Part shown: positions 45,283-55,231 of the stretch, piece after piece | Layout of the letters: each line of letters opens with the position of its first letter | Position numbering within the stretch: position 1 is the stretch's first letter | Source: a virus | Lineage: Duplodnaviria > Caudoviricetes | Virus record (IMG/VR): IMGVR_UViG_3300033420_000004 | Coordinates: 1 to 64,000 of that record | Strand: one strand, 5' to 3' | Length of the DNA stretch: 64,000 nt | Program-made: the position numbers and the translations under genes | The notes under the pieces: model-generated | What the model was told of the DNA's origin: nothing | Databases searched by the model: none | The model's input: only the letters and a program-made list of their open reading frames with translations

Positions 45283-46656
45283 ATGGCAAAAATTACTGAT
45301 CCTGATAACCTTAATGTAGGAACTGAGATAACTTTCAATCTTGGGTCTAAAACATTTACGCTTGTTGCTGCTGGCAACCTTGTAGCAAAAGATGGAGTAA
45401 CTGGAAATGCTCTTTGGGCTAAATTCGTTGATCTTTGGACATCTTCCACTTATCAACCATATTCATTCCCAATGAACGTGCTTGATGCTCGATCTGGACA
45501 ATACATCTTTGGACAAGACCCTGGTGGTTCGTTTAATGGTTGGAAACCTGCAGACGATACTACACGTCAAATGATTCGAGATGCTGGTTGGAGTGAATAC
45601 TCGGCTGCTGGGGCATTGAACAGGCAGTATGTAGGACTGGTAGCTCTTGCGTCAGGTTTTCCCGCAGGTGCTCAATTCTACTACCAAAAGGCTTCGGGTG
45701 GGGCTGCTGCTAACTTTACATTTGATGATGCGCCTAATGAAGCAATTCAAGTATTCGGGGATGCTGGTAACGGGGCTTTTGATAGCAGGTCTTACTTTAA
45801 GCTATATTGTCGTGAGGCTAACTACACCTATGACGATGCTGTATTAGGAGATGTTGGGGAGTCAGGAACAGGAGCATTTAAAGTTGCTTTACCTATTTCC
45901 GTTGGTAGTGATTTAAAGATAACTGATTTGGATGCTGAAATGACCAATGCTCCTTATTTAGGAATTGGATTAGAGTATTTTGGTAGTGATCAAACCAGTT
46001 ACGACATAGGGGCTTATCCTTTCCGAGTAGTAATTGATAACACGACTGCTAATGCTACTTTAGAAGAGATATACACTAAGATGCAATTCAATCTGCGTCA
46101 GACTGGAGATATTGATGGTGGAGCAGGTAGTGTTATAGGTAAGACAGCAAATCAATTATGTTACTTTGTAGGAGATACTTTATATACTACTCAGGGAGTA
46201 TTTATTGACGGAGTAATTGCTGCCGATCTTAACCGTGTGGTATTTCTTGACCAAAACAATACAGAGAGAACCTACCCATACGCTTCTGCTGGAGTATTAA
46301 ATTTCAATGCCGCTCTTACAAATGGTGGAGCAGGGTATTATCGCATGTATTTCGCTAATGATGACGCAGGATTAAACCTTGGGTATGATTATGGTACAGC
46401 TAATGCTATTACCGTAAATGATGCGTCTGATAATCCTATTACAGGCGTAATTTCGGGTGCTGCAATAGCCTTTACCTATGACTATGATGGAAACGTACAA
46501 AGGGGGGCTGCATCCGCAGGAGACGATGCTCCTATCGTAGTTGTAGCAGGTAATGCTGGAAACGCCAAGCCTGTAGTTGCTTTAGGAACAATAAATAGGA
46601 GTAAAGGTATTTCAATTACATTAACCGCTGAGGTTGACAGAGCTTATATCGTATAA
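45283..46656 (+). CDS. Probable structural protein (457 aa)
   Basis: Gly/Ala/Asp-rich; ends DRAYIV, like the DRAYLE end of 42687..45260. Confidence 0.55.
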   Translation: MAKITDPDNLNVGTEITFNLGSKTFTLVAAGNLVAKDGVTGNALWAKFVDLWTSSTYQPYSFPMNVLDARSGQYIFGQDPGGSFNGWKPADDTTRQMIRDAGWSEYSAAGALNRQYVGLVALASGFPAGAQFYYQKASGGAAANFTFDDAPNEAIQVFGDAGNGAFDSRSYFKLYCREANYTYDDAVLGDVGESGTGAFKVALPISVGSDLKITDLDAEMTNAPYLGIGLEYFGSDQTSYDIGAYPFRVVIDNTTANATLEEIYTKMQFNLRQTGDIDGGAGSVIGKTANQLCYFVGDTLYTTQGVFIDGVIAADLNRVVFLDQNNTERTYPYASAGVLNFNAALTNGGAGYYRMYFANDDAGLNLGYDYGTANAITVNDASDNPITGVISGAAIAFTYDYDGNVQRGAASAGDDAPIVVVAGNAGNAKPVVALGTINRSKGISITLTAEVDRAYIV

Positions 46657-46658
46657 TC

Positions 46659-47102
46659 ATGGGATATTCAATTAGTGGACCAAACAAAGTAATAACGCTG
46701 ACTGCTGGTACAACGGTAGTCAGTGTACGTGATCTATGGAGTAGGTGGGTAGATTGGTTTCTTACGGGAGATAATTCCAAATACCTACCAGCCTTTGAAT
46801 TTGTAGGGGGAAACGATATTGATGCAGGAGCAGGTACAAAAATTCCAATATATGCCTTTTTAATGAACGGGTGGAAAATAAAACCGCAGGAAGCCAATCA
46901 TACTTTATCCATAAGTGATGGTGTTCTTTTGGTTAATGGTGGTGGTGATCCTTTTAACAATACCACAGGAGCATATGTGGTTAGGATTAATTATCAGCAG
47001 CCTGTTCAAGCCATATCCTTTAGTTCGGATGGTGCTGGGGGAATCCCTGCTCAGGATAAGCAAGACATTATTGATGGAGTTTGGACAAAAGTACTACCAT
47101 AA
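46659..47102 (+). CDS. Conserved hypothetical phage protein (147 aa)
   Basis: DLWSRWVDW...KYLPAF..VGG...FLMNGWKIKP. Confidence 0.6.
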   Translation: MGYSISGPNKVITLTAGTTVVSVRDLWSRWVDWFLTGDNSKYLPAFEFVGGNDIDAGAGTKIPIYAFLMNGWKIKPQEANHTLSISDGVLLVNGGGDPFNNTTGAYVVRINYQQPVQAISFSSDGAGGIPAQDKQDIIDGVWTKVLP

Positions 47103-47338
47103 TGACAACGGGTGAAAAAATAGTAGAATTATCAGGATTATCCACAGGAACAGCTATGGATCATTTGCTGGCTATTATTACTGGAGGAGGAACGGGAGAT
47201 GTATTGGTGGAAGCTATATTGGAAGCCTCGGTTTCAGTAGATAGTATGACCTGCGAGGTTTTGGATGATAGTATGATTTGTGAAGTAGATGAAGGAGTTT
47301 TGGAATGTGTGGTAACGACAACAATAGTAAATGCTTAA
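47102..47338 (+). CDS. Small acidic protein (probable start MTTGEK)
   Basis: TAATG coupling at 47100-47104; acidic C-terminal repeats. Confidence 0.5.
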   Translation: MTTGEKIVELSGLSTGTAMDHLLAIITGGGTGDVLVEAILEASVSVDSMTCEVLDDSMICEVDEGVLECVVTTTIVNA

Positions 47339-47789
47339 AATTATGAACCCAACTTTTATTTCCGTATTCATTTTCACCGCTTATTTACTGTGGTGTTATT
47401 TCATGTTCGGGATACTTAAATCAGTATCAGCCAGTTATTATGAATTAGCAAAGATGAATAAGGGATTCATTTTCACCTTAGTTCTTTGGGGATTCTCCTT
47501 ACCAGTAATGATAGCAGGGGATTCCGCTTGGTTTTTCCTTGCTGGTTCAGCTATATTCTTTGTCGGGGCTGCTCCAGAGTATAAGTATAAGCTTGAAGGG
47601 GATGTTCATTATGCTGCTGCGGTATTAAGCATACTATTTGGACTTATTGGAATAGTGGATAAAGGAGACTGGGAAATTGCTTTAGGTTTAGCGGTTGGAA
47701 TAGCTCTGTTAAGGCTTGTTAAGAATTACACCTACTGGCAGGAACTTCTTGCTTTCTATGGGATAACACTTTATATAATTTTACGGTAA
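47331..47789 (+). CDS. Multi-pass membrane protein (152 aa)
   Basis: Four or five hydrophobic segments; SVSASYY...FVGAAP...H motif. Confidence 0.7.
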   Translation: MLKIMNPTFISVFIFTAYLLWCYFMFGILKSVSASYYELAKMNKGFIFTLVLWGFSLPVMIAGDSAWFFLAGSAIFFVGAAPEYKYKLEGDVHYAAAVLSILFGLIGIVDKGDWEIALGLAVGIALLRLVKNYTYWQELLAFYGITLYIILR

Positions 47790-48073
47790 TGCAAAAAATA
47801 TCATTCATCTACCCCTCTGATATTGGAGGCTTAAAGACTGACGAGAACGGGAACTATCTTGTACCTGATGGGTTCGAGATATACAAAATTCCTACTGCAG
47901 AAGAAGTACGGTTGCAAAGGATAGCAGAGCTTCAAGCGCAGATCGACCAGATACAGTTGATGCCTGAGCCGAGTGATCAGGAGTACTTGGAGTTTGGGAA
48001 GATGATGCATCCTTATTACCATGAGAAAATGAATTTGGAAATATTACAAAACGAGTTAAATAGTCTAATGTAA
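47789..48073 (+). CDS. Hypothetical protein (94 aa)
   Basis: TAATG-coupled on both sides. Confidence 0.6.
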   Translation: MQKISFIYPSDIGGLKTDENGNYLVPDGFEIYKIPTAEEVRLQRIAELQAQIDQIQLMPEPSDQEYLEFGKMMHPYYHEKMNLEILQNELNSLM

Positions 48074-49887
48074 TGGCTGTAACGGTTTACACATTAAAAA
48101 AACCTGAACTAACAGTAACCCTGCAAAGTGGTGGTACTCTATTAGCGGATACCACTTACTATATATTTGGCTATTTTAGGAATAAAATAGGAAGTGGTTA
48201 TCACGATTATGGTAATTCTCCATTCGGAGTGATTCAATCATTTACTACTACAACTGTAAATAGGAGTATTTCAGTTTATTGGAAAACTACATATAACATT
48301 ACAGGATTTGAAAATGCTGGTGGTGGTTTATTAAGAGTTCTAAGTGCTGAACATAATTTAGCCACAGGAAATGAGATAATCATTGAAAATGGAGTTTATG
48401 CAGGCACATATACAATAACAAGAGAAAATTATAATAGCTTCACTATTGTCATAGCTTATAGCAGTACTTATGCTACTACATTCAGATGTGAAAATGGAAC
48501 AGTAGGTAAATATGGGGCAACTTTTGCAAGTAGCGGCGTTTCAATTGTATTATATATTTCAACAACTAATCCATATTATTCTGATACGATCTATGACACA
48601 TTAACAGCTAAATACTCCCATGCTTATTACAGTGTTGGTTATGCAACAAATAATATTGTAATAACATCGGAGTATAACACTCAATATTATAATGCATTTC
48701 ATTTTAGTGTTAAATATTGGGGTCATGTATTACCAGCTTGGTGTAAAGTTAGAGAAAGGGGTCAACCTACTATTTTATGTGACGCTAACGATACAGCAAA
48801 TGATATTAAGCAAGCAATAATTGATGCTAAAATTGAAGACCTTGCTTATGCCACTGATTTTGAAATTGTAAGTTATGGCAGTATTTTTTATATAGGTGTA
48901 GCAAGTACCGTAACATTTTCAAATATTAGTATTAAAATGCTGTTATCAGTGCTATCAATTAAAAATGACAGGAAATATTATTTGATATTTAATAAATGTA
49001 CTTATGTATGCTGGTATATACCATATAAGGCATACGTAGATTGTGCAGCAAATGACAGCCAGTTATTTCTGTCAGGTATGGAGAGGATACCAATAGGTAA
49101 TAACAATACTTATATATTACAACTTTCCATAAATATATATATTGCTTCATTAGCAGTAGAAGGTAAATTATTTGAAAATGCGAAAGTTACATTTCTTACA
49201 ACATCTGGTTTTCTTTTAGCGCTTATGTCTAAAGCAGATGCCCCAACAATGCAATTTGAATGCTATATAAATAATATTGAAATTACTAATGCATATTTAA
49301 TAACTGATATAAGTGGTAATAATTATGGAGTACTTAGACCAGCAAAAAATGTTACTATAAATAGTAATTATTCATTTGATGTTCAGCCCACTACAAGGAT
49401 TATGGCATATCCAGATATGTACTTTGAAAATATCAATACTTCGAGAGCAAACAATGAGAAGTTTACCTATATGACATATACTAATCCATTGGTAGACCGA
49501 GTACATTACATGAGGAAGGGTATAATTAATGTTAAAAATACTTTAGGAGTAGCAATTTCAGGAGCAGATATTCAAATAAAAGATAACACAGGCAGATTAT
49601 ATACTGGAACCACAGATATAAATGGGCAATTTACTTATGATGTTGAAGAGCAACTGAGTACTAAACCATTAGTGTATATGCTTGTTGCTCCAAGTGTTTT
49701 ATACAATAACTTTGAAATAACGGTATCTAAAAGCGGAATGCAGACAAGTAAAGAAGTACATACCAGTTTAAAAGGCAAGGATGTAGTTGATATCTTTTTA
49801 CTAGAACCCGTTGAAGTTCCTATGGTAGAGACTATTATTAACGCCAATATAATTTCAGACCAAATAGAGTGTTTAATTACAGAATAA
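48073..49887 (+). CDS. AT-rich 604-aa protein with C-terminal carboxypeptidase-regulatory-like (prealbumin-fold) domain
   Basis: VKNTLGVAISGADIQIKD...GTTDINGQF...EITVSKSG; Tyr/Asn/Ile-rich. Confidence 0.55.
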   Translation: MAVTVYTLKKPELTVTLQSGGTLLADTTYYIFGYFRNKIGSGYHDYGNSPFGVIQSFTTTTVNRSISVYWKTTYNITGFENAGGGLLRVLSAEHNLATGNEIIIENGVYAGTYTITRENYNSFTIVIAYSSTYATTFRCENGTVGKYGATFASSGVSIVLYISTTNPYYSDTIYDTLTAKYSHAYYSVGYATNNIVITSEYNTQYYNAFHFSVKYWGHVLPAWCKVRERGQPTILCDANDTANDIKQAIIDAKIEDLAYATDFEIVSYGSIFYIGVASTVTFSNISIKMLLSVLSIKNDRKYYLIFNKCTYVCWYIPYKAYVDCAANDSQLFLSGMERIPIGNNNTYILQLSINIYIASLAVEGKLFENAKVTFLTTSGFLLALMSKADAPTMQFECYINNIEITNAYLITDISGNNYGVLRPAKNVTINSNYSFDVQPTTRIMAYPDMYFENINTSRANNEKFTYMTYTNPLVDRVHYMRKGIINVKNTLGVAISGADIQIKDNTGRLYTGTTDINGQFTYDVEEQLSTKPLVYMLVAPSVLYNNFEITVSKSGMQTSKEVHTSLKGKDVVDIFLLEPVEVPMVETIINANIISDQIECLITE

Positions 49888-49923
49888 ATAGTATATTTAT
49901 CTAATTTTTAAAAAATTACTAAA

Positions 49924-50280
49924 ATGGCCATATCATTAATCGAGGACAGAACCTTATACAAGGGAAACAGTTGGGAACCAGGGATTGCCATAACTGAGAA
50001 TAGCGTGGCGAAGGACTGTACCAATTTGGAATGTAAGTTAGTGATAAAAGCAACTAATGACTTCGCTGAACCTGTAGTACTTGAAATACCTATTGAGTGG
50101 GTAAGTCAGGCAGGGGGAACGGGTAAATTTACTCTGGTTCCTGCTAAAAGTGAAACCTTAGCCGAGGACACCACGTATTTCTATGAAATTATTTTGTACG
50201 ATGCAGAAAGCACCTTGGAGTATGCAAAGACTATCAAGAAGGGCAAATTGAAAGTATTATCTTCACTGGGAGTAGAATAA
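49924..50280 (+). CDS. BppU-N-like Ig-fold structural protein (118 aa)
   Basis: LYKGNSW...DCT...KLVIK...GKFTL.P..S..L...YFYEI pattern. Confidence 0.55.
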   Translation: MAISLIEDRTLYKGNSWEPGIAITENSVAKDCTNLECKLVIKATNDFAEPVVLEIPIEWVSQAGGTGKFTLVPAKSETLAEDTTYFYEIILYDAESTLEYAKTIKKGKLKVLSSLGVE

Positions 50281-50299
50281 CCTTATAATAAAGAACCCG

Positions 50300-50785
50300 A
50301 TGGCAAAACAAGATCGACCCTCTCAACAGGCAGAGCCTATACCAGAACACTTTTGTAACCAAGAAAGACGTTTAACAGAAATGGAAAGCACTATCACCGA
50401 ATTGTACCACATTATTACAGGTAATGGTACTCCAGAAAAAGGTATGACAAGTCAAATAGCAGTTATAAAATCAGAGCAAGTTCATACCAACACCACTTTG
50501 GCGAGAATAGAACAAACACTGAAATCACAGGATGAAAAGTATGCTAAGGCAGTGAGAGTAGCATACGTGGCGAAGAATGACTTAGATATACATAAAGCAG
50601 AAAGCTCGGGAAAGGATCAGGGGAAAACCTCTACCACTTCCCACTTCACTCAAAATTGGCAACTGACCGTTGTAACCCTAGCACTGGTCACCACTATAAT
50701 ACTGGGAATCCTAAATCTTAGGAAAGGAACGGAAACTCAGAAAGGAGTAACTGCAAACGGTGTTAAACTAGAAGTTACCAAATGA
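50300..50785 (+). CDS. Coiled-coil protein with C-terminal transmembrane helix (161 aa)
   Basis: Heptads followed by WQLTVVTLALVTTIILGIL. Confidence 0.6.
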   Translation: MAKQDRPSQQAEPIPEHFCNQERRLTEMESTITELYHIITGNGTPEKGMTSQIAVIKSEQVHTNTTLARIEQTLKSQDEKYAKAVRVAYVAKNDLDIHKAESSGKDQGKTSTTSHFTQNWQLTVVTLALVTTIILGILNLRKGTETQKGVTANGVKLEVTK

Positions 50786-51744
50786 TTACCGTATACACAG
50801 ATAAACAAGTTGCTCATTATGACCCTACTCATACAACGGCACTACGCAATGCGTTTGCTAAAAATATGAATAGGAAGTTTAATGAACTTATATTGACGGT
50901 AAAAAAAGCAATAATTGTGCAAGATTGTTTCGGCTTAGAAAAGCTGAACTTGGTTGCAAATAAAATGACACCTCCATCCTGGCAAAAGTTTTCATACCTC
51001 AGCAATGCAAAAAAAGTAGAGGAATTTATGAAATGGCTCCAGGAACAAGTTAATAAAGGCATTCTTGACGTTAGGGTAATGGAACAAGTTGGGGACGCTA
51101 TTGACAGTAATTGGATGAATTTATACTTGTTTGATTCTTATAAAAGAGGTGTTATACGTGCTAGATATGAGATGCGGAAAGCCGGATACGATGTACCCAC
51201 GATAGAAGAGTCTGGCGGTGTGGGTTCAATAATGACGTTACCTTTTCATGTGGATCGCATAGGACTCATATACACCAGGGCTTACAATGAATTAAAAGGT
51301 GTCACAGATGCCATGAGTCAACAAATAAGTCGTATATTAGCCCAAGGAATTGCAGATGGTGACGGTGCACTACTTTTATCTAGAAAAATTACAGCAACTA
51401 TTAACGGCATGAATGCAGCTAATTTGGGAATTACTGATTCTTTAGGACGTTATATACCTGCGCAAAGGCGTGCCGAAATGATCGCAAGGACAGAACTTAT
51501 TCGCGCACATCACCAGGCAACAATACAGGAGTACCGCTCTTGGGAGCTTGAGGGCGTTAGGGTTCAGGGGGAATGGCGTACCGCAGGTGATGATAGAGTT
51601 TGTGAAAAATGTGCATCTTTAGAAGGAAAAATATTTACTTTGAAAGAAATAGAAAATATGATACCTTTACATCCGCAGTGCAGGTGTATTGCGTTACCGT
51701 ATGCAAAGGAAATTGTTGAATTTATGAAAAACAACCCGGTATGA
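50782..51744 (+). CDS. Head morphogenesis protein (MuF/SPP1 gp7-like)
   Basis: RRAEMIARTE, WRTAGDDRVCEKC and PLHPQCRC. Confidence 0.9.
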   Translation: MITVYTDKQVAHYDPTHTTALRNAFAKNMNRKFNELILTVKKAIIVQDCFGLEKLNLVANKMTPPSWQKFSYLSNAKKVEEFMKWLQEQVNKGILDVRVMEQVGDAIDSNWMNLYLFDSYKRGVIRARYEMRKAGYDVPTIEESGGVGSIMTLPFHVDRIGLIYTRAYNELKGVTDAMSQQISRILAQGIADGDGALLLSRKITATINGMNAANLGITDSLGRYIPAQRRAEMIARTELIRAHHQATIQEYRSWELEGVRVQGEWRTAGDDRVCEKCASLEGKIFTLKEIENMIPLHPQCRCIALPYAKEIVEFMKNNPV

Positions 51745-53204
51745 CAAGGACTAAAAAACCAAACGGCACATTGTTACTTTTTAGCGTCGAAACTGAAGAG
51801 GCATACACCGTTACCGAGCAACTGCATCAGGGCAGAAAACATTTAGTAATTCCAGTGACTATGATGGTAGAGGGAGTTCACAGCGGTTCCATGGGACCCA
51901 TTCTCCATACCATTTCTCAATTAGGAAAATTCCCAGGGTCTTGGGACGGAATTCCCGTCATTATAGACCATCCAAAAAAAGACGGAAATTATGTTTCCGC
52001 AAATTCTCCAGACATTGTTGATAGTGAGGTAATTGGCAGAGTGTACAACACTTATGTTGACGATAAAAAATTGCGTGGGGAAGTTTGGGTGGATGAAGAA
52101 AAATTGCGCCAAGTATCATCTTCTGTACTTGCAGAGATTAAGGCTGGAAACATGATGGAAGTCAGTGTTGGTGTGTTCACCGATGATGATCCAACTCCAG
52201 GAGTTTGGAACGGAGAAGCCTACGATAGTATAGCAATAAATCACAGACCCGACCACCTAGCACTCCTTCCTGGAGGCACTGGTGCATGTTCCACAAAAGA
52301 TGGCTGTGGTCTTCGTGCAAATAAAAAAGGAGGAATCATGAAAAAAGAAGATGTTTTTGACGTTTTAAAATCAATCGCTGTTTCTGGATTTGGTCTCAAT
52401 GGAGCCAGTCTTCCGGAAGACACTGAGGATGATGCCGAAGAGCAGGGATTGTATAAAATATTGGAGGCCGTGCGTACAAAACTGAATTCAATGGATTCAA
52501 ATGACAGCTACCACACTATTGAAGAGGTGTACGCTGATTCTTTGGTTTATTGTGTTTATTTTCGCATAGGTGATTCTAAAATGTATAAGCAGGGGTACAA
52601 ACTTGACAACAGCGGGGGCGTTGAAATGGTTGGTGATCCTGTGGAGGTTCGCAAAAAGGTTGAGTACGTCAATGCGAATCAGAAAATGGAACGTACTCGC
52701 ATTATTAATAACAATTCTAAAAAGGAGGACACAAAGATGTCAGTAGCTACAGGATGCGCCAAGTGCGTTGAAAAAGTGAACGCTCTTATCGCCAACACGG
52801 AACTAGGTTTCGTGGAAACAGATAGAGCGTGGCTCGATACTCTTTCAGAATCTGCTCTCGATAAAGTTGCCCCGAAGGTGATTGTAAACGAGAAGATTGT
52901 TGAAAAGACGATCGAAGTGAATACCCTTTCCGATGAAGACAAATCTATTCTTGCCTATGGTAAGAAACAGATGAAAGAACGGAAAGAAAAAATGATCGAA
53001 ACCATCAAAGCCAATACCGCTGAAGGTACTTGGACTGATGACTCTCTCGCTGCAATGAATGAAGATACTTTGGAAAGAGTATTCAATTCGGTAAAAAAAG
53101 AAGAAGTTGTAAACTTCTCGTTGAATAGTAATACTAATCTCAACGCCAATAAAGGCAAAGGTATACAGCCTATGCTCCACGGTATTGTAGAGGACGTTAA
53201 ATAA
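51741..53204 (+). CDS. Prohead protease (DUF2213-like) fused to scaffold
   Basis: IIDHP, EVSVG and NHRPDHLALLPGGTGACS..DGCG; charged helical C-terminus. Confidence 0.8.
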   Translation: MTRTKKPNGTLLLFSVETEEAYTVTEQLHQGRKHLVIPVTMMVEGVHSGSMGPILHTISQLGKFPGSWDGIPVIIDHPKKDGNYVSANSPDIVDSEVIGRVYNTYVDDKKLRGEVWVDEEKLRQVSSSVLAEIKAGNMMEVSVGVFTDDDPTPGVWNGEAYDSIAINHRPDHLALLPGGTGACSTKDGCGLRANKKGGIMKKEDVFDVLKSIAVSGFGLNGASLPEDTEDDAEEQGLYKILEAVRTKLNSMDSNDSYHTIEEVYADSLVYCVYFRIGDSKMYKQGYKLDNSGGVEMVGDPVEVRKKVEYVNANQKMERTRIINNNSKKEDTKMSVATGCAKCVEKVNALIANTELGFVETDRAWLDTLSESALDKVAPKVIVNEKIVEKTIEVNTLSDEDKSILAYGKKQMKERKEKMIETIKANTAEGTWTDDSLAAMNEDTLERVFNSVKKEEVVNFSLNSNTNLNANKGKGIQPMLHGIVEDVK

Positions 53205-53219
53205 TAGGAGGAAAAAGAA

Positions 53220-53684
53220 ATGCCTACAGTATTTAAAACAATAAAGATAAAAAGGTATTCCAACGTGGTGAATGAATATCCAGCAAGTGCTGCTATTATT
53301 CCCGGTGCGTTGGTTGAGCTTATTTCTACTGGAAAGGTGAGAAATCACGCAACTTCTGGTGGTTATGTTGCTCCGATGATTGCTCTCGAAGATGAACTTC
53401 AGGGCAGAGGTATTAATGACAACTACGCTGCTGATGAGCCTGTACAGGTATGGTCAGCCAACCATGGCGATGAAGCTTATTTGCTTCTCAGAGACGAAGA
53501 AACCATCGTGATCGGTGATCTTCTTCAGTCAGACGGACTTGGAAAAGTAATGAAAAGAACTTCCACCAACACAGTTGTTGGTATTGCTCTCGAAGCAAAG
53601 GACTTATCAACTTTCCCTGAAGGTTCTGAGTCAAGTGCGCGTGGAGCCTATTACAATCCTCGTATTAGAGTATCAATCCAATAA
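53220..53684 (+). CDS. Capsid decoration/cement protein
   Basis: IIPGALVEL...ALED...VIGDLLQSDG.G...VVGIALE; between scaffold and MCP; AGGAGG ribosome-binding site. Confidence 0.7.
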   Translation: MPTVFKTIKIKRYSNVVNEYPASAAIIPGALVELISTGKVRNHATSGGYVAPMIALEDELQGRGINDNYAADEPVQVWSANHGDEAYLLLRDEETIVIGDLLQSDGLGKVMKRTSTNTVVGIALEAKDLSTFPEGSESSARGAYYNPRIRVSIQ

Positions 53685-53702
53685 AATAGGAGGAAAAATA
53701 AT

Positions 53703-54794
53703 ATGGAAACACAAGTCGATTTGATGGCGAACGGACAGGCACAAGGTGCCGTGGCCAATAAAGTTGTTAATGGTGGATTAAACATCAATAACATGAAACC
53801 GTTCATCGGTGAAGACGGACAAGCGTATATCAACGTGTTTAACGGGGGAGACCCTAAGAAACCCGAAAATTACGGTACCCGTTTGGTGAATAATGCTACT
53901 CTCCGCAGGGATGAGTGGAAATCTTTGGATGATGCCGTTTTGGGAGTATCTCGTTACCGTTTAGGCGGTGTGCAGGATTTGATTGATAACGGTCTGACCT
54001 ACAACCTCGGAAACGCTTTCGGAACAACTGTTCTCGAATGGCATGACGTAAGTGATTCTCAGGAAGCTGTTATGACTATGGATGGTATCACCCGCGGCGG
54101 TGGAGATCGTCCTTCTTTCAAACATAACTACCTGCCGATCCCTATTATCCATGTGGATTATGAGATCAACGCTAGGGTTCTTGCTACTTCCCGCAACATG
54201 GGTAATCCTTTGGATACCACTGCAGCAGAATCAGCAGCAAGAAGAGTAGTTGAGAAACTGGAAAACATGCTTTTTACCAATACTACTTACAGTTATGGTC
54301 AAAAAGACGAAAGAAACAGAAACTCAATCTACAGTTATGTGAACTTTCCTGATCGTATTCCTTATGCTCTTCCACTTTCATGGAGCAATGCAGGTAAGAC
54401 TGGTTCTCAGATTCTTACTGATGTATTGGCTATGAAACAGAAAAGTATTGACAACCTGCATTATGGTCCTTGGAATTTATACATCCCAACTGCTTATGAA
54501 GTTGTGTTGGACAAAGACTATGATTCAGTCACACCCGGAACTACCATCCGTGAGAGAATTCTGAAAATTGCTGGAATAAAGAGCATTAAAGTTATTGATA
54601 CTTTACCTGCCGACAATTCAGTATTGGTTCAGATGACTCCTGACGTTGTGCGTTTGGTTCGCGGTACTGGAATACAGAACATTCAGTGGGGAGAAGAAGG
54701 AAACATGGTTACTAAGTACAAAGTAATGACCATTCAGGTTCCTCAGATTCGCTCGGATGCTAATGGAAAATCTGGTGTTGTGCACATGGCATAA
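53703..54794 (+). CDS. Major capsid protein (HK97 fold, encapsulin/linocin-like family)
   Basis: ATLRRDEWKSLDDAV, LPIPIIHVDYEINARVL..SR and PLDT..AE.AAR.V.EKLE; position after decoration gene; AGGAGG RBS. Confidence 0.85.
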   Translation: METQVDLMANGQAQGAVANKVVNGGLNINNMKPFIGEDGQAYINVFNGGDPKKPENYGTRLVNNATLRRDEWKSLDDAVLGVSRYRLGGVQDLIDNGLTYNLGNAFGTTVLEWHDVSDSQEAVMTMDGITRGGGDRPSFKHNYLPIPIIHVDYEINARVLATSRNMGNPLDTTAAESAARRVVEKLENMLFTNTTYSYGQKDERNRNSIYSYVNFPDRIPYALPLSWSNAGKTGSQILTDVLAMKQKSIDNLHYGPWNLYIPTAYEVVLDKDYDSVTPGTTIRERILKIAGIKSIKVIDTLPADNSVLVQMTPDVVRLVRGTGIQNIQWGEEGNMVTKYKVMTIQVPQIRSDANGKSGVVHMA

Positions 54795-54801
54795 TAAATT
54801 T

Positions 54802-54835
54802 TTGACTAATCAAGTCAATAATTTTTGTACATTTG
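54802..54835 (+). promoter_or_regulatory. Inverted repeat and Bacteroidota -7 box upstream of the glycan cluster
   Basis: TTGACT-N5-AGTCAA at 54802-54818 and TACATTTG at 54828-54835. Confidence 0.4.
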
Positions 54836-54868
54836 AATTCATAATATTTACTTTTAAACTTAAACAAA

Positions 54869-55231
54869 GTGGAAAGAACAGCAGCAGACGGAACATTCCG
54901 TTGGAAAAAAGTAGGCGGTGGTGATTTCAGAATTGGTCACCGTATCATCAAAGAGGGTGAAATATTTACCGCAACGCAAGCCGAAATTCCTATGGCCTTT
55001 AGGGATATCATTATTGCCCTAGACACACTGCCAGTTGAAGCGGCGGTTGCTCCAGTGGCACCTGCAAAAGTAGTTCCTGTGACATACTCATTGGAAGCAA
55101 CCGATGCTCCAGAGGATGCCAAAAATAAAGAAACAAAATATTTCAACGTGGTTAATGGTGCCGGGAAGGTAATCAATGAAAAACCACTCACTGAAACCAA
55201 AGCAAAACAACTTATTAAAGACCTTGAGTAA
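54869..55231 (+). CDS. Small head-associated hypothetical protein (120 aa, GTG start)
   Basis: Follows MCP; Pro/Ala/Val linker between two small domains. Confidence 0.65.
   Translation: MERTAADGTFRWKKVGGGDFRIGHRIIKEGEIFTATQAEIPMAFRDIIIALDTLPVEAAVAPVAPAKVVPVTYSLEATDAPEDAKNKETKYFNVVNGAGKVINEKPLTETKAKQLIKDLE

Noticed and set aside
53703-54794. Bacteriocin or encapsulin nanocompartment
   Set aside because: Context of terminase, portal, protease and connector indicates a phage capsid.
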